This document shows positions 39,583 through 49,289 of a stretch of DNA of 64,000 bases, in pieces (the first letter of the stretch is position 1; each line of letters opens with the position of its first letter). Made by a program: the position numbers and the translations under genes. Source of the DNA: Nitrospinota bacterium (GTDB lineage Bacteria; UBA8248). The stretch is from contig JAZAHK010000046.1 of assembly GCA_036231405.1 (NCBI GenBank), positions 128,001 to 192,000 on the forward strand, given 5' to 3'. The notes beneath the pieces were generated by a model. It did no database searches and was not told where the DNA came from. It worked only from the letters and a program-made list of their open reading frames with translations.

Positions 39583-41601
39583 TTGGCACAGCGAACGAAA
39601 AAATCTGCTGATACTAAAATTAAGAAAATCGCTAAGAAAAAAGAGGTGGTTTCTACTGGCACTAAAATTAAGAAGATCGCTAAGAAAAAAGAGGTGGTTT
39701 CTACTGGCACTAAAATTAAGAAGATCGCTAAGAAAAAAGAGGTGGTTTCTACTGGTACTAAAATTAAGAAAATCGCTAAGAAAAAAGAGGTGGTTTCTAC
39801 TGGTACTAAAATTAAGAAAATCGCTAAGAAAAAAGAAATGACTCAGAAGGACGTAAAGGCTCTGATTGCCCAAGGTCAGGAGAAGGGTTTCCTTACTTAT
39901 GATCAGGTGAATGATGTTTTACCCTCTGATGTAAATTCTCCCGAAGTTATCGATGACATAATGGTAATGTTTAACGAAATGGATATAGAAGTGATTGATC
40001 CTTCTTCGGCTGAGGAACGTTTGAACGAAAAAAAAGAAACTCAGGGTGAAACAGAGTCTTCTAATAATTCAAAGTCTAATCAAAGTGAACGAACCACTTC
40101 TGAGTCTATTTCATCTTTTGATGATTCTACTTATGGAAGAACTGACGACCCTATGCGTATGTACCTAAGAGAAATGGGACAGATTCCTCTATTAGGTAGA
40201 GAGGGTGAGATAGAAATTGCGAAAAGAATAGAAGAGGGACAATTAGAAGTAAGTCTTGCGACGGTATCAACGCCGATCGCAATAGATATGGTTTTAGATC
40301 TTGGGAAAAAACTTGAAAATGATGAGATTTCAGTTGCTAAGCTTGTCTTAATCAGCAGACAGTCTGCGGATGATGAAGATGAATCCGAAGAAGAAAACGA
40401 TCACGAAGAAGAGAAAAAGAAATTCCTTTCGTTGACGAGAAGATTGAGAACTCAACTCAAAAAAATAGAGACAAAAAATATTACTACTGCAGATCCAGTT
40501 TTACATAAGAAATCACTTGATAAAGTAGCTGAGATTATTCGTCTCATGAACTTAAGGCCTGAACAAGTGGATTCTATTGCAGATAGGGTGAATCTTTTTG
40601 TAGATAAAGTACATAAGCATGAAAAAGAAATTAATGGTTATTTGGTTCAGGTTGGGTTAAGTGAATCTGAAATGCGTTCTTATCTACGTCAAAATGGAGA
40701 AAAAAAAGCTAGTTATGTAGGAGATAAAAAGATTCCTATAAGTATTCTTGCTGAATATGATCGTAGAATTAAAAAAATACGAAAAGAAATAAGAGATAGA
40801 GAAAACGAAGCTGGTGCATCGCGTGCAGAACTAGAAAATTCAGTGAAGATGATTCGTAGAGGTCGTCGTAAGGATCAACGTGCAAAGAAAGAACTAGCTG
40901 AGGCTAATTTACGTTTGGTGGTAAGTATTGCGAAAAAGTATACAAATAGGGGTTTGCAATTTTTAGATCTCATTCAGGAAGGAAATATTGGTTTAATGAA
41001 AGCTGTAGACAAGTTTGAATATAAAAGAGGGTATAAATTCAGTACTTATGCAACATGGTGGATTCGGCAAGCCATTACAAGAGCTATAGCCGATCAAGCA
41101 AGAACAATACGTATTCCTGTTCATATGATTGAAACAATTAATAAATTAATTCGTACATCGCGTTTACTTGTTCAGAAACTAGGTCGCGAGCCTTTTCCCG
41201 AAGAGATCTCTAAAGAAATGGATCTCCCTATTGATAAGGTAAGAAAGGTGCTAAAAATTGCAAAGGAACCTATCAGTCTTGAAACTCCAATTGGCGAAGA
41301 AGAAGATAGTAGTTTGGGAGATTTTATAGAAGATAGAAAAGCTGTTTCACCTCAAGAATCGGTAGTGAAAGTAAGCTTGGCAGAACAGACTCAGGAAGTA
41401 CTTCAAACATTGACCCCAAGAGAAGAAAAAGTGTTACGTAAAAGGTTTGGTATTGGTACAGAAAATGAACATACCTTGGAAGAGGTTGGGCACGATTTTA
41501 GTGTTACCCGAGAGAGAATTAGACAAATAGAGGCGAAAGCCCTTAGAAAATTGCGTCATCCGAATAGAAGTAAAAGGCTAAAAAGCTTTATAGATGACTA
41601 A
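39583..41601 (+). CDS. rpoD: RNA polymerase primary sigma factor with repetitive N-terminal extension
   Basis: Region 1.1, [51 protein letters not shown] start after AAGGAG. Confidence 0.98.
   Translation: MAQRTKKSADTKIKKIAKKKEVVSTGTKIKKIAKKKEVVSTGTKIKKIAKKKEVVSTGTKIKKIAKKKEVVSTGTKIKKIAKKKEMTQKDVKALIAQGQEKGFLTYDQVNDVLPSDVNSPEVIDDIMVMFNEMDIEVIDPSSAEERLNEKKETQGETESSNNSKSNQSERTTSESISSFDDSTYGRTDDPMRMYLREMGQIPLLGREGEIEIAKRIEEGQLEVSLATVSTPIAIDMVLDLGKKLENDEISVAKLVLISRQSADDEDESEEENDHEEEKKKFLSLTRRLRTQLKKIETKNITTADPVLHKKSLDKVAEIIRLMNLRPEQVDSIADRVNLFVDKVHKHEKEINGYLVQVGLSESEMRSYLRQNGEKKASYVGDKKIPISILAEYDRRIKKIRKEIRDRENEAGASRAELENSVKMIRRGRRKDQRAKKELAEANLRLVVSIAKKYTNRGLQFLDLIQEGNIGLMKAVDKFEYKRGYKFSTYATWWIRQAITRAIADQARTIRIPVHMIETINKLIRTSRLLVQKLGREPFPEEISKEMDLPIDKVRKVLKIAKEPISLETPIGEEEDSSLGDFIEDRKAVSPQESVVKVSLAEQTQEVLQTLTPREEKVLRKRFGIGTENEHTLEEVGHDFSVTRERIRQIEAKALRKLRHPNRSKRLKSFIDD
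39613..39836 (+). repeat. 48-bp coding tandem repeat, 4 full copies plus a 32-bp partial copy
   Basis: Unit ACTAAAATTAAGAARATCGCTAAGAAAAAAGAGGTGGTTTCTACTGGY starts at 39613, 39661, 39709, 39757 and 39805; encodes [16 protein letters not shown]. Confidence 0.97.
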
Positions 41602-41672
41602 AAGCTTTGAATAGTACTTAGTCGGATTTTAGATATCAATCTCGTTCTTTTTTTTATAATTTGTCGAATTTT

Positions 41673-41747
41673 GGGCCCATAGCTCAATGGTGGAGCGTCC
41701 GGCTCATAACCGGTTGGTTCTTGGTTCGAATCCAAGTGGGCCCACCA
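41673..41747 (+). tRNA. tRNA with CAT anticodon, most likely tRNA-Ile2 (lysidine-modified); elongator Met not excluded
   Basis: GGGCCCA/TGGGCCC acceptor stem, GCTC/GAGC D-arm, CCGG-CTCATAA-CCGG, CTTGG-TTCGAAT-CCAAG T-arm, encoded CCA. The paired 1-72 position argues against fMet. Confidence 0.93.
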
Positions 41748-41778
41748 TAGTGAATATTTGAAATTTGGAGGTGTTGTA

Positions 41779-42537
41779 TTGAAAAACTCGCAGTTGTCAT
41801 CTCTAGTTAACTTGCAGTCTATGGATTCTAAGATTTATAAATTAAGAGGCCTGATTAGTGGAATTCCAGAGCAAGTTGATGAGCAGAAGGGGTCTATTTT
41901 TGAATTTGAAAATAAATTAAAAGAAGTGCAAGAAGATGCCTCAAACGCGGAAAAAGCTCAAAAGGATTTTGAGGGTCAGATTCAAATACTTAACGAAAAA
42001 CTAAAAGAAGCCCGATCAAAGCAAGCAATGGTTAAAACAAATGATGAATATAATGCTCTAAGTAATGAAATTCAGAATGGGGAGAAAAAGATAGATTTAA
42101 TTGAAGAATCCCTGCTTGAAAAATTGGAGTTTTTGCCGTCTTTGACTGAAAAAATAGACAACGCTGAGAATGAGTTGAAAATAAAAGAGCAGAAAGTCAA
42201 TGTTAAATTAGAAGAACTGAATTCTAGGAAACAAGGCTATGAAGGCGAACTAGAAATTCTTCTGCAAGAGAAAAAGAATCTTTCTTCAACAATTTCTAAA
42301 AATTGGTTGAATTTATACGAATCACTTTTGAAGGGAAAAAGAACTATTGCAGTCTCTCCTATAATTCAAAGAACTTGCCAAGGATGTAAAATGTCAGAAA
42401 CGCTACAAAGATTTTTCGAGATAAGAGACTCAGAGGATTCTATCTTTACGTGTACTCATTGTGGAAGGATTCTATATTATGAAGAGACAGATTTAGGAGA
42501 AACTACTTTGAGTGCTCCAGATGAGGTGAAAAAATAA
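41779..42537 (+). CDS. Coiled-coil protein with C-terminal C4 zinc ribbon (DUF164 / HP0958-like)
   Basis: LQSMD N-terminus, long heptad region, KTNDEYNAL, CQGC...CTHCGRILY. Start set at TTG 41779 after GGAGG. Confidence 0.9.
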   Translation: MKNSQLSSLVNLQSMDSKIYKLRGLISGIPEQVDEQKGSIFEFENKLKEVQEDASNAEKAQKDFEGQIQILNEKLKEARSKQAMVKTNDEYNALSNEIQNGEKKIDLIEESLLEKLEFLPSLTEKIDNAENELKIKEQKVNVKLEELNSRKQGYEGELEILLQEKKNLSSTISKNWLNLYESLLKGKRTIAVSPIIQRTCQGCKMSETLQRFFEIRDSEDSIFTCTHCGRILYYEETDLGETTLSAPDEVKK

Positions 42538-42956
42538 TAAAGTTTTTACAAGAGGATCTATGTATTTATACTGATGGGGCTTCTAGAGGTAATCCTGGTC
42601 CTTCAGGCGCAGCAGCGTTGATTTACGATATGAATAACATCTTGGTGGATAAGGTTTCTAAATTTTTGGGTGATTCAACAAATAATGTTGCAGAGTATAG
42701 TGCATTATTACTTGCTTTGAATCGTGCCATCGATTTAGGTGCGAAAAGAGTAAAAATAATTACCGATTCACAATTAATGGCTAGACAATGGATAGGATTA
42801 TACAAGGTAAAGAGTTTGTCTATAATGTCTCTCTATAGGGAGGCTAAAGAAATTGCAGGAAAACTAGATCATGTTGAAGTGGTTCACGTAAATCGTTCTG
42901 AAAATATTCAGGCAGATAAATTGGCAAATGAGGTAATAGACCATAGTGTTTTTTAA
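42534..42956 (+). CDS. rnhA: Ribonuclease HI (start codon non-canonical or uncertain)
   Basis: The frame of ORF 42618..42956 extends upstream through IYTDGASRGNPGPSG; also TNNVAEY, TDSQL, NIQADKLAN. No ATG/GTG/TTG precedes the catalytic Asp in frame. Confidence 0.88.
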   Translation: MIKFLQEDLCIYTDGASRGNPGPSGAAALIYDMNNILVDKVSKFLGDSTNNVAEYSALLLALNRAIDLGAKRVKIITDSQLMARQWIGLYKVKSLSIMSLYREAKEIAGKLDHVEVVHVNRSENIQADKLANEVIDHSVF

Positions 42957-42962
42957 TTTTAG

Positions 42963-43323
<361 letters not shown>

Positions 43324-43346
43324 TTTCATTTTTACTTGAGGTTTCA

Positions 43347-44588
43347 ATGAGTTCAAAGAACGATGATTCCTTTAGCCTATCTTATATTTGCAAAGAGTCT
43401 TCTCTTGCACAGGGAGTAATTCTCCCACATTTAAGAAAGACACCGTGCAGATTGAGTGAAGATTTTTCTGAACAACTCGGATTTGAACTCTATCTCAAGC
43501 TTGAAAATCTTCAAAGAACTGGTTCTTTCAAGACCAGAGGTTCTATGTATGCAATTAGCAAGTTGAGTAAAGAACAAAGAGAATCAGGTGTAGTTACAGC
43601 GTCTGCTGGCAACCATGCACAGGGAGTTGCGTTTGCTGCTAAGCAACTGGGTATCTATTCTCTAGTTGTGATGCCTGAATACACCCCAAATACTAAACTA
43701 GACGCTGTTAAAGCACTTGGTTCCGAAGTTGAACTTTATGGTTCAACTTTTGATGATGCATATGCACGTGCAGAAGAATATAAATCATCAAAGGGTCTTG
43801 TTATGATTCACCCATTTGATGATTCTGATGTTATTGCTGGTCAAGGGACGGTTGCATTGGAGATTTTAGAACAAGTTCCTGACGTTGAGACTATAATTGT
43901 TTCGGTTGGAGGAGGAGGTTTGATTTCTGGAGTGATTTCAGTAGTAAAAACGTTAAGACCTGATATACGTGTCGTTGGGGTTGTTGCAGATGGAGTGCCA
44001 TCATTAAAAGAATCCATGAAAACAGGAAGTTCTGTTGAAGTGTCTTCTATTTCAACGATTGCGGATGGTATTGCCGTCAAAAAAATAGGAGAGAAATGCT
44101 TCCCAATTATTCAGGAAAATGCAGATGATATCGTTTCTGTTTCAGACGATTCTATGGCATCTGCTATTTTGAGTTTATTAGAGGAGGAAAGAATGCTAGC
44201 GGAAGCTGCAGGTGCTGCTCCTTTAGCTTCTTTATTTGATAAAAAGGTGAAAGGAACCGGTAAGACGGTTGCACTAATTTGTGGTGGAAATTTAGATGTA
44301 AATCTTCTCTCTAGAATCATAGGGAAAGGTCTCGCTCTTAATAATAGATATGCTAAATTGCAAGTACCACTTCATGACGTTCCCGGTGCGCTAACTAAAC
44401 TTTCCAGAATTGTCTCTGAAGAGAGAGTCAATATCATACACATAGAGCATGATAGGTTTTCAACTCAGGTTCCAATTAATCATACACTTTCTCGTCTTTA
44501 TTTAGAGGTTAGAGGAAATGATCATTTGGAGTTTTTGGTTAAGAGGCTTATTTCTGAAAATTATGAGGTTCTTAGGGAGAACAATTGA
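43347..44588 (+). CDS. ilvA: Threonine ammonia-lyase with one C-terminal ACT domain
   Basis: KLENLQRTGSFKTRG, SAGNHAQG, VGGGGL, GGNLD, DVPGAL. Confidence 0.93.
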   Translation: MSSKNDDSFSLSYICKESSLAQGVILPHLRKTPCRLSEDFSEQLGFELYLKLENLQRTGSFKTRGSMYAISKLSKEQRESGVVTASAGNHAQGVAFAAKQLGIYSLVVMPEYTPNTKLDAVKALGSEVELYGSTFDDAYARAEEYKSSKGLVMIHPFDDSDVIAGQGTVALEILEQVPDVETIIVSVGGGGLISGVISVVKTLRPDIRVVGVVADGVPSLKESMKTGSSVEVSSISTIADGIAVKKIGEKCFPIIQENADDIVSVSDDSMASAILSLLEEERMLAEAAGAAPLASLFDKKVKGTGKTVALICGGNLDVNLLSRIIGKGLALNNRYAKLQVPLHDVPGALTKLSRIVSEERVNIIHIEHDRFSTQVPINHTLSRLYLEVRGNDHLEFLVKRLISENYEVLRENN

Positions 44589-44589
44589 A

Positions 44590-46137
44590 ATGTCTCGTAG
44601 CAAACGCGCGGTAGTAAGCGTTAGTGAAAAAAAAGGGCTTGATAAACTTGGAACGGTTCTACAGAAAGCTAATTGGGAAATAATTTCTACTGGTGGAACC
44701 GCAAATTTCCTAAAATCCCTAGGAGTGAATGTAATTCAAGCTAGCGATTATACTGGGCAACCAGAAATTCTTGGCGGTAGGGTAAAAACTCTACATCCGA
44801 AAATTTTGGGTGGTATTTTGGGAAGACCTGACCAAGAAAGTGAGATGGTATCGAGTAACATACCTCTTATTGATTTAGTAGTTGTCAACCTTTATCCATT
44901 TAGAGAAACCGTTGCTGATCCAGATGTCTCTTTGCAAGATGCTTTAGAAAAGATTGATGTCGGTGGGCCAACAATGGTTCGCGCTGCTGCAAAAAATCAC
45001 GAAAGAGTTGCAGTAGTTGTAGAGCCTGAAGATTATGACGAATTAATTGAGTTTATCGAATCAGGGAGAGAATTCCCTGATGATTTTCTGAAAAACTTGG
45101 CATTCAAAGCATTTGATCATGTTTCTTCATATGATTCTGCAATCTCATCGTTTCTTTCAAAATCAATAAAAGATGGAGCGAATTATTTTGCTCCGAAAAT
45201 TGAGATGTCTCTAAAAAGGGAAAAAGTTTTACGTTATGGAGAAAACCCCCATCAGAAAGGTTCTTTTTATAGTTTTCAATCAGAGGAATCTTTTTCTCTC
45301 TCTAAGATTATTGTTTTGGGAGGAAAAGAACTTTCCTTTAATAATTATCTTGATGTGTCTGCTGCATGTGAATTAGTTGCAGACCTTCAGGGGAATGCTT
45401 GTGCAATTCTTAAACATACTAATCCTTGTGGTGTAGGGATTAAAGTTGAACAAGTTGACTCTTTTAAACGTGCTTTAGCTTGTGATCCTGTTTCTGCTTT
45501 TGGAAGTGTCATTGGGTTTAATCAAACCGTAACAGAGGAAACTGCAGAAGAAATGAGAAGTCTTTTTGTTGAGGTTGTTGTTGCTCCTGAGTTTGATGAT
45601 AATGCTCTGAAAATTTTTCAGAGAAAGAAAAATCTGCGTATCTTGCAGTGTCCTGGTCTAGCTTCTGTTCCTATTACTGGAGTAGATATACGAGCAGTTC
45701 CAGGAGGACTTTTGGTGCAGGAAAGAGATTGTTTTTCGGAAGAAGAATTCTCTAATTGGTCTTTGATGACTTCGAGAAAACCAACTATTTCTGAAGAGAG
45801 GGCACTTAAAATTGCTTGGAGTATTGTTCGGCACGTAAAAAGCAATGCAATTGTTCTAGCTGATGACTGTGGAACTGTTGGTGTAGGTGCTGGTCAGATG
45901 AGTCGTGTAGATTCAACTCAACTTGCTGCCTCACGTTCAGTGTTGCCTTTGAAGGGTTGTGTTCTTGCCTCAGACGCATTCTTTCCCTTCAGGGATGCAA
46001 TAGATGAAGCTGTAGAGTTTGGAGTCAAAGCTATAGTCCAACCAGGAGGTTCAGTCAAAGATGATGAGATCATAGAAGCCGCAGTTGAAAAAGATATTTC
46101 TATGGTTTTTACAGGAAGAAGACATTTTCGACATTGA
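44590..46137 (+). CDS. purH: AICAR formyltransferase / IMP cyclohydrolase
   Basis: GRVKTLHP, LRYGENPHQ, KHTNPCG, RHFRH. Start set at ATG 44590. Confidence 0.98.
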   Translation: MSRSKRAVVSVSEKKGLDKLGTVLQKANWEIISTGGTANFLKSLGVNVIQASDYTGQPEILGGRVKTLHPKILGGILGRPDQESEMVSSNIPLIDLVVVNLYPFRETVADPDVSLQDALEKIDVGGPTMVRAAAKNHERVAVVVEPEDYDELIEFIESGREFPDDFLKNLAFKAFDHVSSYDSAISSFLSKSIKDGANYFAPKIEMSLKREKVLRYGENPHQKGSFYSFQSEESFSLSKIIVLGGKELSFNNYLDVSAACELVADLQGNACAILKHTNPCGVGIKVEQVDSFKRALACDPVSAFGSVIGFNQTVTEETAEEMRSLFVEVVVAPEFDDNALKIFQRKKNLRILQCPGLASVPITGVDIRAVPGGLLVQERDCFSEEEFSNWSLMTSRKPTISEERALKIAWSIVRHVKSNAIVLADDCGTVGVGAGQMSRVDSTQLAASRSVLPLKGCVLASDAFFPFRDAIDEAVEFGVKAIVQPGGSVKDDEIIEAAVEKDISMVFTGRRHFRH

Positions 46138-46171
46138 TCCTTTATAAGAATATTTTAGAAGGCAAAGAAGT

Positions 46172-47542
46172 GTGAATAGCAAAGAAGTTATAGGTCGTTT
46201 AGATAAGTTTCTGAATAGTCTTTCCCCTCTGCCAAAAAAAATAATTAAAAAAAAACAAAGTAGGAATATAGATAGTCATTTTGAAAGAATAATGTTGCTT
46301 GTTGAAAGACTTGAAATTTCCTTTAGCGACTTTGAGTTTATTAATGTCGTAGGGACCAGCGGGAAAGGATCCACAACAATGATGATATCTGAGTGTTTGC
46401 ATGAGTCAGGAAAATCCGTAGGATCATTTTTCTCTCCTCATATTACATCCATAATTGAACGTTTTTGGTTCAATGGCCGTTTTGTAGAACCGAAACTTGT
46501 TTCAAAGGTCTATGACTCATTTGTATCTACTATTAAAAAGATTAGTCAAGAAGGGCAATGTTTTATTCCTACTTTTTTTGAGTCCTCCTTAGTTGTTTTC
46601 CTTCTGATGGCAAAAGAAATTAATTGTGAAGTTTTGGTTCTTGAAGCTGGCATTGGTGGTAAATATGATGTTACTCGTATTCCTTTTTCTCAAAAATTGT
46701 GTGTGATAACAAAAGTTGCTTTAGACCATACAGAATTACTTGGAAAGACGGTTTCTGAGATCGCTAGAGATAAAGCTGGGATAATTGCTGAAAATGGAAG
46801 AGTAATAGTCTCTAAGAATCATTATGTTGTAAAAAGAGAAATTTCTAAAATTTCCAAAAAAAAATCAGCAAAATTATATTCTTGTCCAACTCCTGAACAA
46901 GTAGTTTTAAAACAAAATTGTACAGTTTTTAATTTAAATTTTTCAGACGGTTCTTTCCTGAAAAATTTGTCTATTCCTATGTTCGGTGAACATCAAGTAC
47001 ATAATGCAGCACTTGCAGCAGGAGCTTGTAAATTAATGAATTTAGATAATTTGAGTATAAGTAAAGGTTTATCTAAGTCACGTTTGCCAGGTAGGATAGA
47101 AATTGTTTCTAAGAATCCAACTGTGATCTTAGATGTTGCGCATAATCGAGATAAAGTGAAGGCGTTGATACAGGTTTTGAAAAGAAGATCAGAAGGAAGA
47201 TTATTTTTTATTGTTGGTTGTCTTGAGGGAAAGGATTCTTTGGGTATTATTGAGGAATTATCCGAGACTAAGGGTGTTTTTTTGTTGACTTTGCCTCCTG
47301 TTTTTGGTTCGAGAAAATATGTCAGTTTTAGCAAGTTAGGAAAAATGTTAATGAAAAATAGAATTCGAGATTTTCAAAATTTTATTGATCCTTGGGATGC
47401 CTTAAAGCAGGCGTTAAGATTAATCAAAAGGGACGATGTTCTGGTGATTACTGGTTCTTCGTATCTGGTAGGAGAATTAAGAAAGTTTTGGTTTGAAGAA
47501 GATTATATTTTAGAGTCTGGCAACCTATTTGCTCGAAAGTAA
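46172..47542 (+). CDS. folC: Folylpolyglutamate synthase / dihydrofolate synthase
   Basis: GTSGKGST, SPH, EAGIGG, LDH, PGR, DVAHN, TGSSY. Confidence 0.92.
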   Translation: MNSKEVIGRLDKFLNSLSPLPKKIIKKKQSRNIDSHFERIMLLVERLEISFSDFEFINVVGTSGKGSTTMMISECLHESGKSVGSFFSPHITSIIERFWFNGRFVEPKLVSKVYDSFVSTIKKISQEGQCFIPTFFESSLVVFLLMAKEINCEVLVLEAGIGGKYDVTRIPFSQKLCVITKVALDHTELLGKTVSEIARDKAGIIAENGRVIVSKNHYVVKREISKISKKKSAKLYSCPTPEQVVLKQNCTVFNLNFSDGSFLKNLSIPMFGEHQVHNAALAAGACKLMNLDNLSISKGLSKSRLPGRIEIVSKNPTVILDVAHNRDKVKALIQVLKRRSEGRLFFIVGCLEGKDSLGIIEELSETKGVFLLTLPPVFGSRKYVSFSKLGKMLMKNRIRDFQNFIDPWDALKQALRLIKRDDVLVITGSSYLVGELRKFWFEEDYILESGNLFARK

Positions 47543-47551
47543 GGAAATGAA

Positions 47552-48427
47552 ATGAATTTTTCTCAGAAAAAAATATCTCAAGAAAGGCCATCCGTTACAT
47601 GTAGAGGAAGAGAATTACAATTTGAAAGAGTAAGAATAATGGGAGTTTTGAATGTTACTCCAAATAGTTTTTCTGATGGTGGAAAATTTCTTGAGACTAA
47701 TTTTGCTCTTGAACATATTGATAAAATGACGATGGAAGGTGCTGACATTATAGACATAGGTGGAGAGAGCACTCATCCAGATTCGATTCCTGTTTCTGAT
47801 GTGGAAGAAATAAAAAGAATTGCTCCAATTTTAGAGAGACTTGATTTTGATAGAGGACCTTTAATTTCGATCGACACTAGAAAGCCATCTGTTGTTAAAG
47901 AAGTTATAAAGGCAGGAGTTCATATAATTAATGATGTTAATGGTTTTACAGATGAGCAGATGATAGGCTCAGTCCACAAAACTGGTGTTGCTTTGTTAGT
48001 TATGTGTCCAGGGAAAATAAAGAGTTTTTATGCTCTGGATGAATTCGAACACATTCAGGACATGGTATATTCCTTTTTCAAATTCAAAACAGAAGAACTT
48101 AAAAGTAAGGGATTCAAATCTCTTATTATTGATCCTGGGATAGGTTTTAATAAGTCTCTGCGAGAAAATTTAGAATTAGTAAAAAAAATTTATAGGTTTA
48201 AGGATTTCAATGTCCCTATAACTATAGGGATATCTCGTAAAGGATTCGTTGGAACTATTACACAGGTTGAATTGCCACATGAACGTTTGATAGGTTCTGT
48301 TATTGCAGAAGCCTTTGGTGTTGTGAATGGAGCAAATATAATCCGAACCCATGATGTTAAACATAGTTTGCAGGGGGTGAGGATGGCAGAGTCTTTAAAG
48401 GGAAATTTTGAAAAGGATAGCAATTGA
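47552..48427 (+). CDS. folP: Dihydropteroate synthase
   Basis: MGVLNVTPNSFSDGG, GGEST, DPGIGF, SRK, RTHDV. Confidence 0.96.
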   Translation: MNFSQKKISQERPSVTCRGRELQFERVRIMGVLNVTPNSFSDGGKFLETNFALEHIDKMTMEGADIIDIGGESTHPDSIPVSDVEEIKRIAPILERLDFDRGPLISIDTRKPSVVKEVIKAGVHIINDVNGFTDEQMIGSVHKTGVALLVMCPGKIKSFYALDEFEHIQDMVYSFFKFKTEELKSKGFKSLIIDPGIGFNKSLRENLELVKKIYRFKDFNVPITIGISRKGFVGTITQVELPHERLIGSVIAEAFGVVNGANIIRTHDVKHSLQGVRMAESLKGNFEKDSN

Positions 48428-49287
48428 TAGAATATTTTTTTGAATTCTGGTGGATGTTTCCAGTTGCCTTTTGTGTATGTCTTATGGCTACAAGTTCTAG
48501 TGTAGAAGGGGCAGTTTTCTTTGCTCCGATTTTTATTGTTTTCTTCCCGATGTTTGCTGGAGTTACGATTACACCTATAGAAGCAATCTTTCTCGCACTA
48601 TCGATAGAGATCTTTGGTTTTGGCAGTGCTTTGACCGGTTATTTTAGGAGAGGACTTGTTGATTTGCATATCGCAAAAAACGTGTTGATTCTTTCTATCC
48701 CCACTTCAATTGTTTTTGGTTTTTTAGCACACCAAGTTCCTTCAGGAGTGATTATGATTTTTCTTGGGACTTTGATGGTGATTCTATGTGCGATTATACT
48801 TTTTACATGTTTGAAAAGTATGCCCAAAGAGAAAGATTTCAAAGAAATTGGTGTGAGAATCTCTAAAATAGATAGCCTAGGGAGAAAATATAATTATTAT
48901 TATTCTCATGGTTTCTTTGGTGCATTTTGGTCGGTTTTAGGGGGTCTCCTTGTTGGATTGACTGGGATTGGAATTGGAGAACTAGCATCTACAAGTCTTA
49001 TAGTGCGACATAAAATTCCTGTGCGAGTTGCAATTGGTACAGGTATTCTTATTGTTTTTGCAACGGTATTACCTGCAACATTAGTCCATGCTTATGTTTT
49101 TTCAAGTGGTCAGATTTTAGTCCATTGGAATATTTTGTTTATGACTATCCCTGCAGTCCTAATTGGTGGTCAGGTGTCTCCTGTAATTAATAGTAGGGTA
49201 GACGGGGAGAAAGTTAAGTTTTTTCTGTCTTTTGTTTTTTTGTTTGTTGGATTCATTTTGATTTCTCGTGGTGTTTCTGTTAATTAA
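48424..49287 (+). CDS. TauE/SafE family membrane protein (sulfite exporter-like)
   Basis: About 8 hydrophobic segments with GLTGIGIG and AIGT repeat-type motifs. Confidence 0.75.
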   Translation: MIEYFFEFWWMFPVAFCVCLMATSSSVEGAVFFAPIFIVFFPMFAGVTITPIEAIFLALSIEIFGFGSALTGYFRRGLVDLHIAKNVLILSIPTSIVFGFLAHQVPSGVIMIFLGTLMVILCAIILFTCLKSMPKEKDFKEIGVRISKIDSLGRKYNYYYSHGFFGAFWSVLGGLLVGLTGIGIGELASTSLIVRHKIPVRVAIGTGILIVFATVLPATLVHAYVFSSGQILVHWNILFMTIPAVLIGGQVSPVINSRVDGEKVKFFLSFVFLFVGFILISRGVSVN

Positions 49288-49289
49288 TT

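Noticed and set aside
39613-39836. Repeat array as CRISPR
   Set aside because: Head-to-tail units with no unique spacers, in frame within rpoD, and no cas genes.
39528-39873. Minus-strand repetitive ORFs
   Set aside because: Antisense translations of the rpoD repeat.
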